From Geodermatophilaceae bacterium (GTDB lineage: Bacteria > Actinomycetota > Actinomycetes > Mycobacteriales > Geodermatophilaceae), in contig JACCXW010000166.1 in the NCBI GenBank assembly GCA_013696785.1, forward strand, positions 1-35,908: 35,908 nt of DNA. The letters are read 5' to 3'. Shown piece by piece: positions 26,237 to 34,056 of the stretch. The translations under genes and the position numbers were made by a program. Below the pieces are notes generated by a model, which saw only the letters and a list, made by a program, of their open reading frames with translations, was not told the DNA's origin and did not search any database. Within the stretch, counting starts at the first letter, position 1; every line of letters begins with the position of its first letter.

Positions 26237-27148
26237 GTGGTCGCCAGCGAGGTCGAAGAGCGGGTACGCGCCGCGATGTTCGCCCACCTCGACGGCTTGG
26301 CAGACGGTCACCCGGACGGCCTGCGTTCCGCGGACATCAACCGTTTCGAGGTCGATGGGATCCAGGTACGGCTCGTCGTGCAGCCGGGGATCCGCAAGCC
26401 GCACTTCCTGGACGCGGCGTTGACGATCCGCACGGCGTTCACACACCCGGGCCAGCTGCCGCCGTAGGAAGACACGCTGGGCGATGACGGATTCGTCCGT
26501 TACAAGTACCGGGGTCTCGACCCTCAACACCCCGACAACCGGGCGCTGCGCCAGGCCATGCTGCGGCAGCTCCCGCTTGCCTACTTCGTCGGGATCGCAG
26601 CAGGGGTGTACCACGCCCAGTTCCCCGTCTTCATCATCGGCGAGGACATGGCCACGCACGAGTTCGTCGTAGCCGTGGATGAGGCCCAGCGACTCATCGG
26701 CCCGGAAAGTCCAGGCGAGCCGACAGCTCTTCGTCGTGCCTACGTGCAGCGGCCGACCCGCGAGCGTCTTCACCAACCGGTGTTTCGGGCCAGAGTGCTG
26801 CAGGCCTACCGGACCCAGTGCTCGATATGCCAACTGCGGCACGCCGATCTTCTCGACGCGGCCCACATCCTTCCCGACGGCCACCCACGGGGACATCCCG
26901 TCGTGCCAAACGGGCTAGCGATGTGCAAGATCCACCACGCGGCCTACGACCGGAACATCCTCGGTGTCCGACCCGATCTGCGCGTGCACGTTCGGGCGGA
27001 CATCCTGAACGAGATCGACGGGCCGATGCTGCGCCACGGCCTGCATGCGATGGACGGCCGGACGCTCAGCGTCCCCTCTGCGCGCGCGAGCCGACCTGAT
27101 CCGGAGTCTCTGGACGAGCGGTACGAACTATTCCGGCAAGCCGGTTGA
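26237..27148 (+). pseudogene. HNH (HNH_2-type) endonuclease with SRA/YDG-like N-terminal domain, interrupted by a single in-frame TAG at 26465-26467
   Basis: Track ORFs 25712..26467 and 26558..27148 are in the same frame. Reading from GTG 26237 gives MVASEVEERVRAAMFAHLDG...GIRKPHFLDAALTIRTAFTHPGQLPP*EDTLGDDGFVRYKYRGLDPQHPDNRALRQAMLRQLPLAYFVGIAAGVY... The C-terminal part reads RVLQAYRTQCSICQLRHADLLDAAHILPDGHPRGHPVVPNGLAMCKIHHAAYD, the CxxC...AAHI...NGL.C..HH..D pattern of the HNH nuclease. Coding character continues across the stop. Confidence 0.7.
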
Positions 27149-27333
27149 TCACCTCGGCCAGGACGAGCACGGCCGGGCGTCCATGGCGCCGATTCTCCCT
27201 CAACGATGTGGCGCGGCTCAAGCGTGTCTCGCTGGCCCTGCGGGCGGCTGACGGCTTGGCGTCGGTCATCCCGGACGGCCCGTTCCGCGGCGCCGCCGGG
27301 GCGACAGTTCCCGTCGCCGGCAACACCAGGGGC

Positions 27334-27339
27334 TATATT
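27334..27339 (+). promoter_or_regulatory. Candidate -10 element (TATATT) for a leaderless vapBC transcript
   Basis: TATATT fits the actinobacterial TANNNT consensus. It ends 6 nt before the A of the vapB ATG (27346), and no Shine-Dalgarno sequence lies between them. This geometry is typical of leaderless mRNAs, which are common for actinobacterial TA modules. Confidence 0.35.
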
Positions 27340-27345
27340 GGCGGT

Positions 27346-27582
27346 ATGTCCAAGGTTATGGTGTCCTTGCCCGAAGACCTTCTCGCGCAGCTCGACACGG
27401 AAGCCAAACGACGATCAACAAGCCGCAGTGCGCTGCTCGCTGCCGCTGCTCGGCGCGAACTCGCCCGTCGTGATTCTGAGCAGGTCGCAGCGGCGATAGC
27501 GCGATCAGAACGACGGTTTGACAACGCGGGGGCGTTCGAGGCGGCCGACCTGGTCCGCCATAACCGCGACTCGTACCGGTGA
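27346..27582 (+). CDS. vapB: Type II antitoxin, ribbon-helix-helix (CopG/VapB-like)
   Basis: 78 aa. MSKVMVSLPEDLLAQLDTEAKRRSTSRSALLAAAARREL is a classic RHH N-terminus. The stop overlaps the vapC start (GTGA at 27579-27582). The upstream 67 codons of the track ORF have no coding support. Confidence 0.85.
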   Translation: MSKVMVSLPEDLLAQLDTEAKRRSTSRSALLAAAARRELARRDSEQVAAAIARSERRFDNAGAFEAADLVRHNRDSYR

Positions 27583-28016
27583 CTCGCTTGCTCGTCGACA
27601 CATCGGTTCTGGTCAAGTGGTTTCACAGCGATGGCGAGGGCGAACTCGAACATGCCCGAGCGTTGCGATCCGCGCACTTCAGCGGCGACCTCGACGCCCA
27701 TGTGCTCGATCTCGCGTTCTATGAAGTCGGCAACGTGCTCACCAGGGCGCTGCTGTGGACGGCCGCCGACGTCGCCGACCAACTCGATGATCTCAACGCC
27801 ATCCTGGGACCTCCCCTTACCATGACGACTGTGTGGTTGCGACATGCTGCGACGCTCGCGCACATCCACCGGCTGTCGTTCTACGACGCGAGCTGGGCGG
27901 CCGCGGCCTTGGAGCTGGGCGTGCAGCTGATCAGCGCTGACCGTCAGCTGCTGACCGCCGGCCTAGCCGAGTCGCCACGGGATGTCACCGCTCGCCTCAA
28001 GCTGCCCCTGAGCTGA
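27579..28016 (+). CDS. vapC: Type II toxin, PIN-domain ribonuclease VapC
   Basis: 145 aa. The four PIN acidic positions are recognisable (LLVDTSVL, AFYEVGN, SFYDASW, ISADRQL). A 4-nt overlap with vapB is the typical TA coupling. Confidence 0.88.
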   Translation: MTRLLVDTSVLVKWFHSDGEGELEHARALRSAHFSGDLDAHVLDLAFYEVGNVLTRALLWTAADVADQLDDLNAILGPPLTMTTVWLRHAATLAHIHRLSFYDASWAAAALELGVQLISADRQLLTAGLAESPRDVTARLKLPLS

Positions 28017-28179
28017 CCCCTCGCCAGCGACGGCCGATCGGCAACGAGAACCGCTGCGCCGGTTCGTGGGCAGCGGATCAAGCGAAAGCCGGCACACACT
28101 CTGGGCGGCGGTATTCCCACCCACCTGGCAGGACAGGTCCGACGGCCCCACCGCCCTACGGACTCGGCGATACGCCGGC

Positions 28180-29322
28180 TCACAAGGGACTTTGAGCATG
28201 CGCCAGCCGGTACACGCGCTGGGCGTTCTCATGACAGATCATCCGTGCGATGCGGACGGCGTCGGACGCGGACCAGTCCCCGGCGTCCGTCCCGGCGGTC
28301 AGGAAGTCGGCCAGGCCGCGACGGAACAGCAGCGCGCCGAGGTGGTACAGCTCCGGCAGGCCGAAGGCGTCGGTGGAGAACAGGAACTTGCCGAACGGCG
28401 CCAGTTCGAGGGTCTCGGCAATCACCCGCCCGGCCGCCCGCCCGAGGTTGTGCGTCACGAGTCCTACGTCGACGAACACGTGCGAGAACACCTGCGCGAG
28501 GTACCCCGCGTTCCGGTGGAAGGGGTAGTTGTGCAGCAGCATGATCGGCACGCCCAGCGGCTCAGTCGCCCGCAGCAGCGCAGTGAGCAACAGCGGATCG
28601 CAGCGGTGCAGGTCGACCTCGGAGTCGCCAACCCCGACGTGGAACTGCAGCGGCAGTCCGAGGTCCAGCCCCTCCCAGATGAGGAACCGGCTCAGGACGC
28701 CGTCGGCGCAGCGCACCGCCGCACCGGCATCGACCTCCAGTAGCCAGCGGTCGACCGCGGCGACGATCTCGGCCGCGCTCGGCCGGTCCGGGTCCAGTTC
28801 CAGCCCCACGCGGTAGGCGGCGATCGACTTCACCGCGACAGCGTCTCGGGTGCGGTCCCAGAGCAGTCGTCTTACCTCGTCGGCGAAGCCGGCCGCCGTC
28901 GACCCGGACAGCACCGCCTCCTCTGCCAGCCCCTCCAGCCTGACGACCTCGTACGCCGCCGCACCGGTCAGCCCAGCCATCTCCGCCGGGCTCGTGATGG
29001 GTTCCGGTTCGAAGCCGGTGTCCACGACGTAGGCCGTGATGCCGGTCGCAGCCAGCAGCCGCCTCGTCACCTCGTCGACGCCCAGCTCGGCGCGCCTGGC
29101 CAGGTAGTCCGCCGGCGAACTGTGCACCGGCAGGTCGAGTACCGGGGCGCACCAGCGGCGTACGGCGAACCCGATCTGCGAGTCGAACAGTGAGCCGCCC
29201 AGCGGGTGAACTGCCGAGGACTCGGTCAGCAACTCCTCGAAGGCAGTCCGGTTCAGCGCCCGCCGTACGACGCCGTGGCAGTGGTGGTCGACCAGCGCGA
29301 CGCCGTCGAGCACGGCGGACAA
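28180..29322 (-). CDS. Amidohydrolase-family (amidohydrolase_2-like) metal-dependent hydrolase, Rv1879-like partner of GlnA3-type enzymes
   Basis: 380 aa. The N-terminal metal motif is LVDHHCHG, followed by a TIM-barrel-like succession (...LQFHVGVGD..., ...MLLHNYPFHRNAGYLAQVF..., ...FSTDAFGLPELY). TTG start at 29320-29322 (alternative GTG at 29311-29313). It starts 1 nt after the permease stop. Confidence 0.8.
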   Translation of the reverse strand: MSAVLDGVALVDHHCHGVVRRALNRTAFEELLTESSAVHPLGGSLFDSQIGFAVRRWCAPVLDLPVHSSPADYLARRAELGVDEVTRRLLAATGITAYVVDTGFEPEPITSPAEMAGLTGAAAYEVVRLEGLAEEAVLSGSTAAGFADEVRRLLWDRTRDAVAVKSIAAYRVGLELDPDRPSAAEIVAAVDRWLLEVDAGAAVRCADGVLSRFLIWEGLDLGLPLQFHVGVGDSEVDLHRCDPLLLTALLRATEPLGVPIMLLHNYPFHRNAGYLAQVFSHVFVDVGLVTHNLGRAAGRVIAETLELAPFGKFLFSTDAFGLPELYHLGALLFRRGLADFLTAGTDAGDWSASDAVRIARMICHENAQRVYRLAHAQSPL

Positions 29323-29323
29323 G

Positions 29324-30808
29324 CTAGCGCGGTGCGCGCGCCGGGGCGCCGCGGTCCGCGGCCGAGAAGCCTTCGGCCGCCGCGAGCCCGGCGCCGACCC
29401 GTTTGGCCAAAGCCGGGGCGGCCAGGACGATGAGCAGACCCACGAGCAGCCACCCGCCGGCCACCACCGGGAACCATCGAGGCGGACCTTCGGTCGGATA
29501 CGGGATCACGTTGCGGTAGATGGTGTAGCCGAGAACGATCAGAGCGGCGATCGGGATGATCACCTGCCACATGGGCACCGCCAGTTTGCGCTGGACGAAG
29601 ACCAGCCGCACCGCGCCGATTGTCGTCAGCACGTACACCACGAGCAGGATCAGCGTCCCGATCACGCCGGACCAGAGGAACACATCGAAGGGTTCGGCCC
29701 CGAAGGCCGCGGCGTCGATCAGTGCGATCACAGCCATCCCCAGCACAACGACGACCGCGGCCGCTGCTGGTGTGCCCGCCGATGAGGCCCGTCCGACCCC
29801 GCGCCCGCTGTTCGCGTCCCGGCCAAGGGCGAACATCAGCCGCGAGCCGCTCACCAGGCAGGCCAGGCAGCAGCCGAACGCGCTGATCGCGGCGCCGAGC
29901 GTGATGATGTCGCCGAGCCAGGCGCCGACGTAGCTCGTGCTCAGGTCGCCCAGCAACGACGGCGATGTCGAAAACGCCTCGACGCCGGCAGCGTCCGCGC
30001 CGAAGCCCATCATCTCCACTGCGGTCACGACGACGAAGTACAGACCACCGAAGATCGCCGTACCGAGAATCGCGCGCGGGATGTCCCGATGCGGGTGGTG
30101 GGTTTCCTCGCCCAGGGTGGCCGCCGCTTCGAAGCCGGCGAAGGACAGGAAGCCGAACACCACGCCGAGGAACACAGCGGACAGTTCGGTGCCGGGCGGG
30201 ACCGTGAACACGCTGAGGTCGAAGCTCTTGTCGCCGGGCGCTGTACCGGCGAGCAACCGAACCAGAATGATCGCCGTGACGAGCAGGATCAGCGCGACCG
30301 TGGCGCCCTCGACGGACAGCAAGACACCGGTGCCGCGCCTGACCGGCGCAACGGTCAGCAGCAGCGCGACGGCCAGGGCCACCGCGATCAGAATGAACGG
30401 CGCCCACGTCGGCGGGTCTGGCCACACGCCGATCTGATCCAGGAACGCCGTGCCGAAGATGCCGAACGCCGACGCCGTGACGACGCCGTAGAACGTATAG
30501 GTCCCCAGCAAGCCCCATCCCGACACGACACCGGCGCGAGGACCGAGCGTCGCGCCGACGAAGGCGTAGACCGAGCCCGCGTGCTGGTAGTACTGGCAGA
30601 GCCGGACGAAACCGTAGGCGACGAGCAGGACACCGATCGCGGCCAGGAAGAATGCCAGCGGTACCGCACGCCCGACGGTCGTGGCCGTGCCCTGCGGGTT
30701 GATGTTCGCGGCCATGCTCGGCGCCATCAAGGCCACCGACAGGCCGACCGCCTGCCAGACGCCGAGCGAGCGGCGAAGCCCGGGACGTGAGGTGTCGGTT
30801 GCAGGCAT
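29324..30808 (-). CDS. APC-family amino acid/polyamine permease
   Basis: 494 aa from ATG 30806-30808, preceded by GGAAGGA. LRRSLGVWQAVGLSVALMAPSMAANINP and about 12 hydrophobic segments are present. The 63-codon upstream extension of the track ORF is rejected, as is alternate-frame ORF 29253..30896 (R/G-rich). Confidence 0.9.
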   Translation of the reverse strand: MPATDTSRPGLRRSLGVWQAVGLSVALMAPSMAANINPQGTATTVGRAVPLAFFLAAIGVLLVAYGFVRLCQYYQHAGSVYAFVGATLGPRAGVVSGWGLLGTYTFYGVVTASAFGIFGTAFLDQIGVWPDPPTWAPFILIAVALAVALLLTVAPVRRGTGVLLSVEGATVALILLVTAIILVRLLAGTAPGDKSFDLSVFTVPPGTELSAVFLGVVFGFLSFAGFEAAATLGEETHHPHRDIPRAILGTAIFGGLYFVVVTAVEMMGFGADAAGVEAFSTSPSLLGDLSTSYVGAWLGDIITLGAAISAFGCCLACLVSGSRLMFALGRDANSGRGVGRASSAGTPAAAAVVVVLGMAVIALIDAAAFGAEPFDVFLWSGVIGTLILLVVYVLTTIGAVRLVFVQRKLAVPMWQVIIPIAALIVLGYTIYRNVIPYPTEGPPRWFPVVAGGWLLVGLLIVLAAPALAKRVGAGLAAAEGFSAADRGAPARAPR

Positions 30809-30913
30809 GCTGTTCCTTCCCGAGCGCGCGGCAGCGTCGGGACAGTGTCCACCCGCGGGACCTCGACCGCCAGGGGTCGACGGGGTGTGTCGCCATCGCC
30901 CAAACTGTGCGGC

Positions 30914-32305
30914 ATGGATTCGGCAGGCATGGACGAGCAGCAGCGGACCGCGCGCGCCGGTCGGGCGCACAGCGCCGCCGAGAGGCTGGCCGGGCACGAC
31001 GTCGTCGGGGTGGCCGTGACCTGGGTTGACAACTCCGGGATTACGCGGGTGAAGACAGTGCCGTCGGCCAAGCTGGAGAGCGCGGCCGCGTGGGGGATCG
31101 GCGCCTCACCAGTCTTCGATGCCTTCCTCCTCGACGACTCGATCATGTCCGGCCGGTACGCCGGCAGCCCGGTCGGCGACCTGCGGCTGCATCCCGACCT
31201 CGACCGGCTGACCGTGCTGGCCGCCCAGCCGGGCTGGGCGTGGGCGCCGGCCGACCGCTACACCCAGGACGGTGCCGTGCACCCGCAGTGCGCCCGCAGC
31301 CTGGCGCGCTCGATGACCGACCGGCTGCGCGGGGCCGGACTCGAGGCATCCATGGCCTTCGAGGTCGAGTGGACGGTTGGCCGGGCAGGCACCGACGAGT
31401 TCGTACCGGCATGCTCCGGTCCGGCCTACGGCATGACCCGGCTGGTGGAACTGTCCGCCTACTCCCGCGATGTCTTGACCGCCCTCGCGGCAGAGGGCGT
31501 GGCCGTCGACCAGTTCCACCCCGAGTACGGCGCCGGGCAGTTGGAGGTCTCGGTCGCCGCGGAGGATCCGGTCGCCGCCGCGGACACGACCGTGCTGGTC
31601 CGCGAGACCGTGCGGGCGGTCGGCATGACGCATGGCCTGCGTACCTCGTTCTCACCGAAGGTCACGGCCGAAGGCGTTGGCAACGGCGGTCACGTCCACG
31701 TGAGTCTGCGCCGCGACGGCTCATCGGTGATGACCGGCGCGGACGGCCCGTTCGGACTGACCCAGGAGGGGGCGTCGTTCACTGCCGGAGTGCTGGCCCG
31801 GCTGCCGGCCCTGCTCGCGATCGGCTGCCCGACGACGGCGAGCTACCTGCGGCTGATCCCCTCGCACTGGGCGGGAGCCTTCGCATGCTGGGGGCGGGAG
31901 AACCGGGAGGCCGCCGTACGTCTCGTCACGGGGGCGGTGGGCAGCGGCTCCTGGGCAGCCAACGTCGAGGTCAAGTGTTTCGACGGGGCGGCGAACCCCT
32001 ACCTGGTCGTCGCGGGTCTCCTGGCGGCCGGGCTCGCCGGAATGGATGAGTCCGCCGAACTGCCTCCGCCGGTGGATGTTGATCCGGCGTCACTGGATGA
32101 CGACAGCAGGGCCGAGCGGAGCATCGCGCCGCTCCCGACCAGCCTCACCGAGGCGGCCGACCGGTTCGAGGCCGATCCGGCGCTAGCCGAAGCGTTGGGG
32201 GTCGAGCTGGCCGCGACGATCGTGGATCTGCGCCGCGCCGACGTAGCGCTGATGGCCGGCAAGTCTCCCGACGAGATCGTCGCGCTCACCCGCTGGAAGC
32301 ACTGA
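30914..32305 (+). CDS. Glutamine synthetase-family protein, GlnA3/GlnA4-like (probable gamma-glutamyl-amine ligase)
   Basis: GVAVTWVDNSGITRVKTVP (beta-grasp N-domain), FHPEYGAGQLEVSV, SFSPKV...GNGGHVHVSL and YLRLIPSHWAGAFACWGRENREAAVR (the GS catalytic-domain motifs NRSA/R-like) are present. ATG 30914 is chosen (alternative ATG 30929); track start GTG 30845 is less likely given the divergent permease promoter region. Confidence 0.85.
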   Translation: MDSAGMDEQQRTARAGRAHSAAERLAGHDVVGVAVTWVDNSGITRVKTVPSAKLESAAAWGIGASPVFDAFLLDDSIMSGRYAGSPVGDLRLHPDLDRLTVLAAQPGWAWAPADRYTQDGAVHPQCARSLARSMTDRLRGAGLEASMAFEVEWTVGRAGTDEFVPACSGPAYGMTRLVELSAYSRDVLTALAAEGVAVDQFHPEYGAGQLEVSVAAEDPVAAADTTVLVRETVRAVGMTHGLRTSFSPKVTAEGVGNGGHVHVSLRRDGSSVMTGADGPFGLTQEGASFTAGVLARLPALLAIGCPTTASYLRLIPSHWAGAFACWGRENREAAVRLVTGAVGSGSWAANVEVKCFDGAANPYLVVAGLLAAGLAGMDESAELPPPVDVDPASLDDDSRAERSIAPLPTSLTEAADRFEADPALAEALGVELAATIVDLRRADVALMAGKSPDEIVALTRWKH

Positions 32306-32313
32306 CCCAGGTT

Positions 32314-34056
32314 GTGACGAACCCCCGACGGAGTCGACTCGCGCTGGCGGCCCCGCTTGCGATCACGGCTGCAGGGCTGGCAGTGGGACTGTTCACCCTT
32401 GCCCTTGCCAGGCGGGCGGACACGGCGTCGTGGGCCGGCCGCGATGTACGGGGCGAGGTACTGCTGCTGCTCGTGGGTTGGTCCCTGATCGCGGCCGGAC
32501 TGCGATTGCTGGGCCGGCCGACGGACCGGAGGGCCGGCGTGCTATTCGTTGCCGGCGGGTTCGGCTGGTTCGTCGGCGACTGGAACAACCAGTACGCCGG
32601 GTCATCGGTGATCTTCACCGCCGGGCTGGTGTTTTCCACGGTGGCTCCCGTTCTGGTCAGCCATGCTGTGCTCCGCTTCGGCGATCCCCGCCTTGACTGG
32701 TTCGGCCGGGTCGGTGTCACCGTGGCCTACGCGAGCACGGCCGCCCTCGCCGGCGTCGTACCTGCTCTGTTCTTCGACCCGGCCCGGCAGGGGTGCGCCG
32801 GCTGTCCCGCCAATCTGCTGGCCGTGCATTCCGATCCCGCGATGGTCGAGCGCCTCGGCCGGACGGCGGTGGTGGCAGGTCCGATCTGGTGTGCCCTCCT
32901 CGCCGTCGGGCTCGGGGTGGCGCTGGCCAGGGCGACCCCGGCACGCCGGCGGCTGATCGCACCGGCACTCGTCCCCGGGATCGGCTTCCTCGCCGCGGTA
33001 GGCACCATGTACCTCCGGAGTGCGGGCGCCGGCTTTCTGCCGGTCAACAGCACGAATCGACTGTTGTGGGCGATGGCCGGCTGCCTCCTGTTACTGGTCG
33101 CCCTGGGGACTCTGTGGCCGCTGCTGCAGCGCCAGCTGACCCGGGCGCGGGTGGCCCGACTTGTCGTCGACGCGGCAGGCGCGCCACCGGTGGGAGGGCT
33201 GAGGAGCCTGCTCTCGCGGTCGTTGGGTGACCCGTCGTTGCGGGTGCTGTACCGGGTGGGCGACGGTACGTGGGTTGACGCCGACGGCCGACCCGCGACA
33301 CCGGGTGACGAGCAGGCGGTGACCTCGGTGGTCCGCGGCGCGGAGACCGTGGCACTCCTCGCGCACCGGCCCGGATTGCTCGCAGATCCCGATCTCGCCG
33401 GCGAGATCAGTGCGACCGCCCGCCTGGTCCTGGACAACGAGCGCCTTCAGGCGCTGACCCGCGCGCAGCTCACCGACCTGCGCGCCTCCCGCGCGAGGAT
33501 CGTGCGCTCGGGTGACGCCGAGCGTCGGCGGCTGGAACGCGACCTGCACGACGGCGCCCAGCAGCAGCTGGTGGCGCTATCGCTCGCGCTGCAACTCGCG
33601 GCCCTGCGCGCCGGGGATGCCGAGGAGGCGGCCAGGTTGATGCAGGCGCGCAACGAGGTCGCGACCGTACTCGCCCAGTTGCGTCAACTGGCCCGCGGAA
33701 TCTACCCACGTGAGCTTGCCGACGAGGGTTTGGCCGCCGCGCTGGAGACGTTGGCGGAAGGATCTGCCGAGCCGTTGAGGATCGACGCCGTACCGTCGCG
33801 GCGGTTCCCGCCCGCCGTGGAGGCTGCGGCGTATCAGGTGGTGGCCTACCTCAACAGGGCGAGCGGGGGCAGCGGCGTTCGCGTCACCGCCGAGTACGAG
33901 GATGATCACCTCACGGTGGCGGTGGCGACCGCGGCACCGCCGGAGGACCTGGTGGCAATGGAGGACAGGGTCGGTGCGCTCGGCGGACGGCTTTCGCTGG
34001 GCCACACGGAATCCGGCTACACGACGATCAGGGCGGTGCTGCCGTGCGGGTCGTGA
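32314..34056 (+). CDS. Sensor histidine kinase (HisKA_3 / NarL-partner type) with about 8 N-terminal TM segments
   Basis: The H-box is ERRRLERDLHDGAQQQLVALSLAL, and the C-terminal HATPase-like region is PPAVEAAAYQVVAY...GALGGRLSL. The multi-TM N-terminus has a CAGCPANLL loop motif. GTG start lies 8 nt after the GS-like stop. Confidence 0.88.
   Translation: MTNPRRSRLALAAPLAITAAGLAVGLFTLALARRADTASWAGRDVRGEVLLLLVGWSLIAAGLRLLGRPTDRRAGVLFVAGGFGWFVGDWNNQYAGSSVIFTAGLVFSTVAPVLVSHAVLRFGDPRLDWFGRVGVTVAYASTAALAGVVPALFFDPARQGCAGCPANLLAVHSDPAMVERLGRTAVVAGPIWCALLAVGLGVALARATPARRRLIAPALVPGIGFLAAVGTMYLRSAGAGFLPVNSTNRLLWAMAGCLLLLVALGTLWPLLQRQLTRARVARLVVDAAGAPPVGGLRSLLSRSLGDPSLRVLYRVGDGTWVDADGRPATPGDEQAVTSVVRGAETVALLAHRPGLLADPDLAGEISATARLVLDNERLQALTRAQLTDLRASRARIVRSGDAERRRLERDLHDGAQQQLVALSLALQLAALRAGDAEEAARLMQARNEVATVLAQLRQLARGIYPRELADEGLAAALETLAEGSAEPLRIDAVPSRRFPPAVEAAAYQVVAYLNRASGGSGVRVTAEYEDDHLTVAVATAAPPEDLVAMEDRVGALGGRLSLGHTESGYTTIRAVLPCGS

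Noticed and set aside
26465-26467. Idea that the in-frame TAGs (here and at 2986-2988) reflect stop-codon reassignment or pyrrolysine
   Set aside because: TAG is used as a normal terminator by several well-supported genes in this window (pat, ideR, the aminotransferase, SDR, DUF1206 and PD40). Nonsense mutation is the simpler explanation.
26144-26896. 250-aa minus-strand ORF
   Set aside because: It is antisense to the SRA-like/HNH gene, whose two halves are in-frame and motif-bearing. This ORF has no motifs.
27066-27326. 86-aa minus-strand ORF in the HNH-vapB spacer (contains HGRPAVLVLAEVINRLA)
   Set aside because: It overlaps the HNH gene 3' end and has no start context or recognisable family. 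A gene remnant cannot be excluded without blastx.
29006-29016. GGTTCGAAGCC, a tRNA T-arm-like string
   Set aside because: It lies inside the amidohydrolase CDS. No acceptor or anticodon stems can be built around it. I found no tRNA anywhere in the window by eye.
29253-30896. 547-aa minus-strand ORF overlapping the permease in another frame
   Set aside because: The alternate frame (29324..30808) gives a canonical 12-TM APC permease. This frame is extremely Arg/Gly-rich and non-membrane-like.
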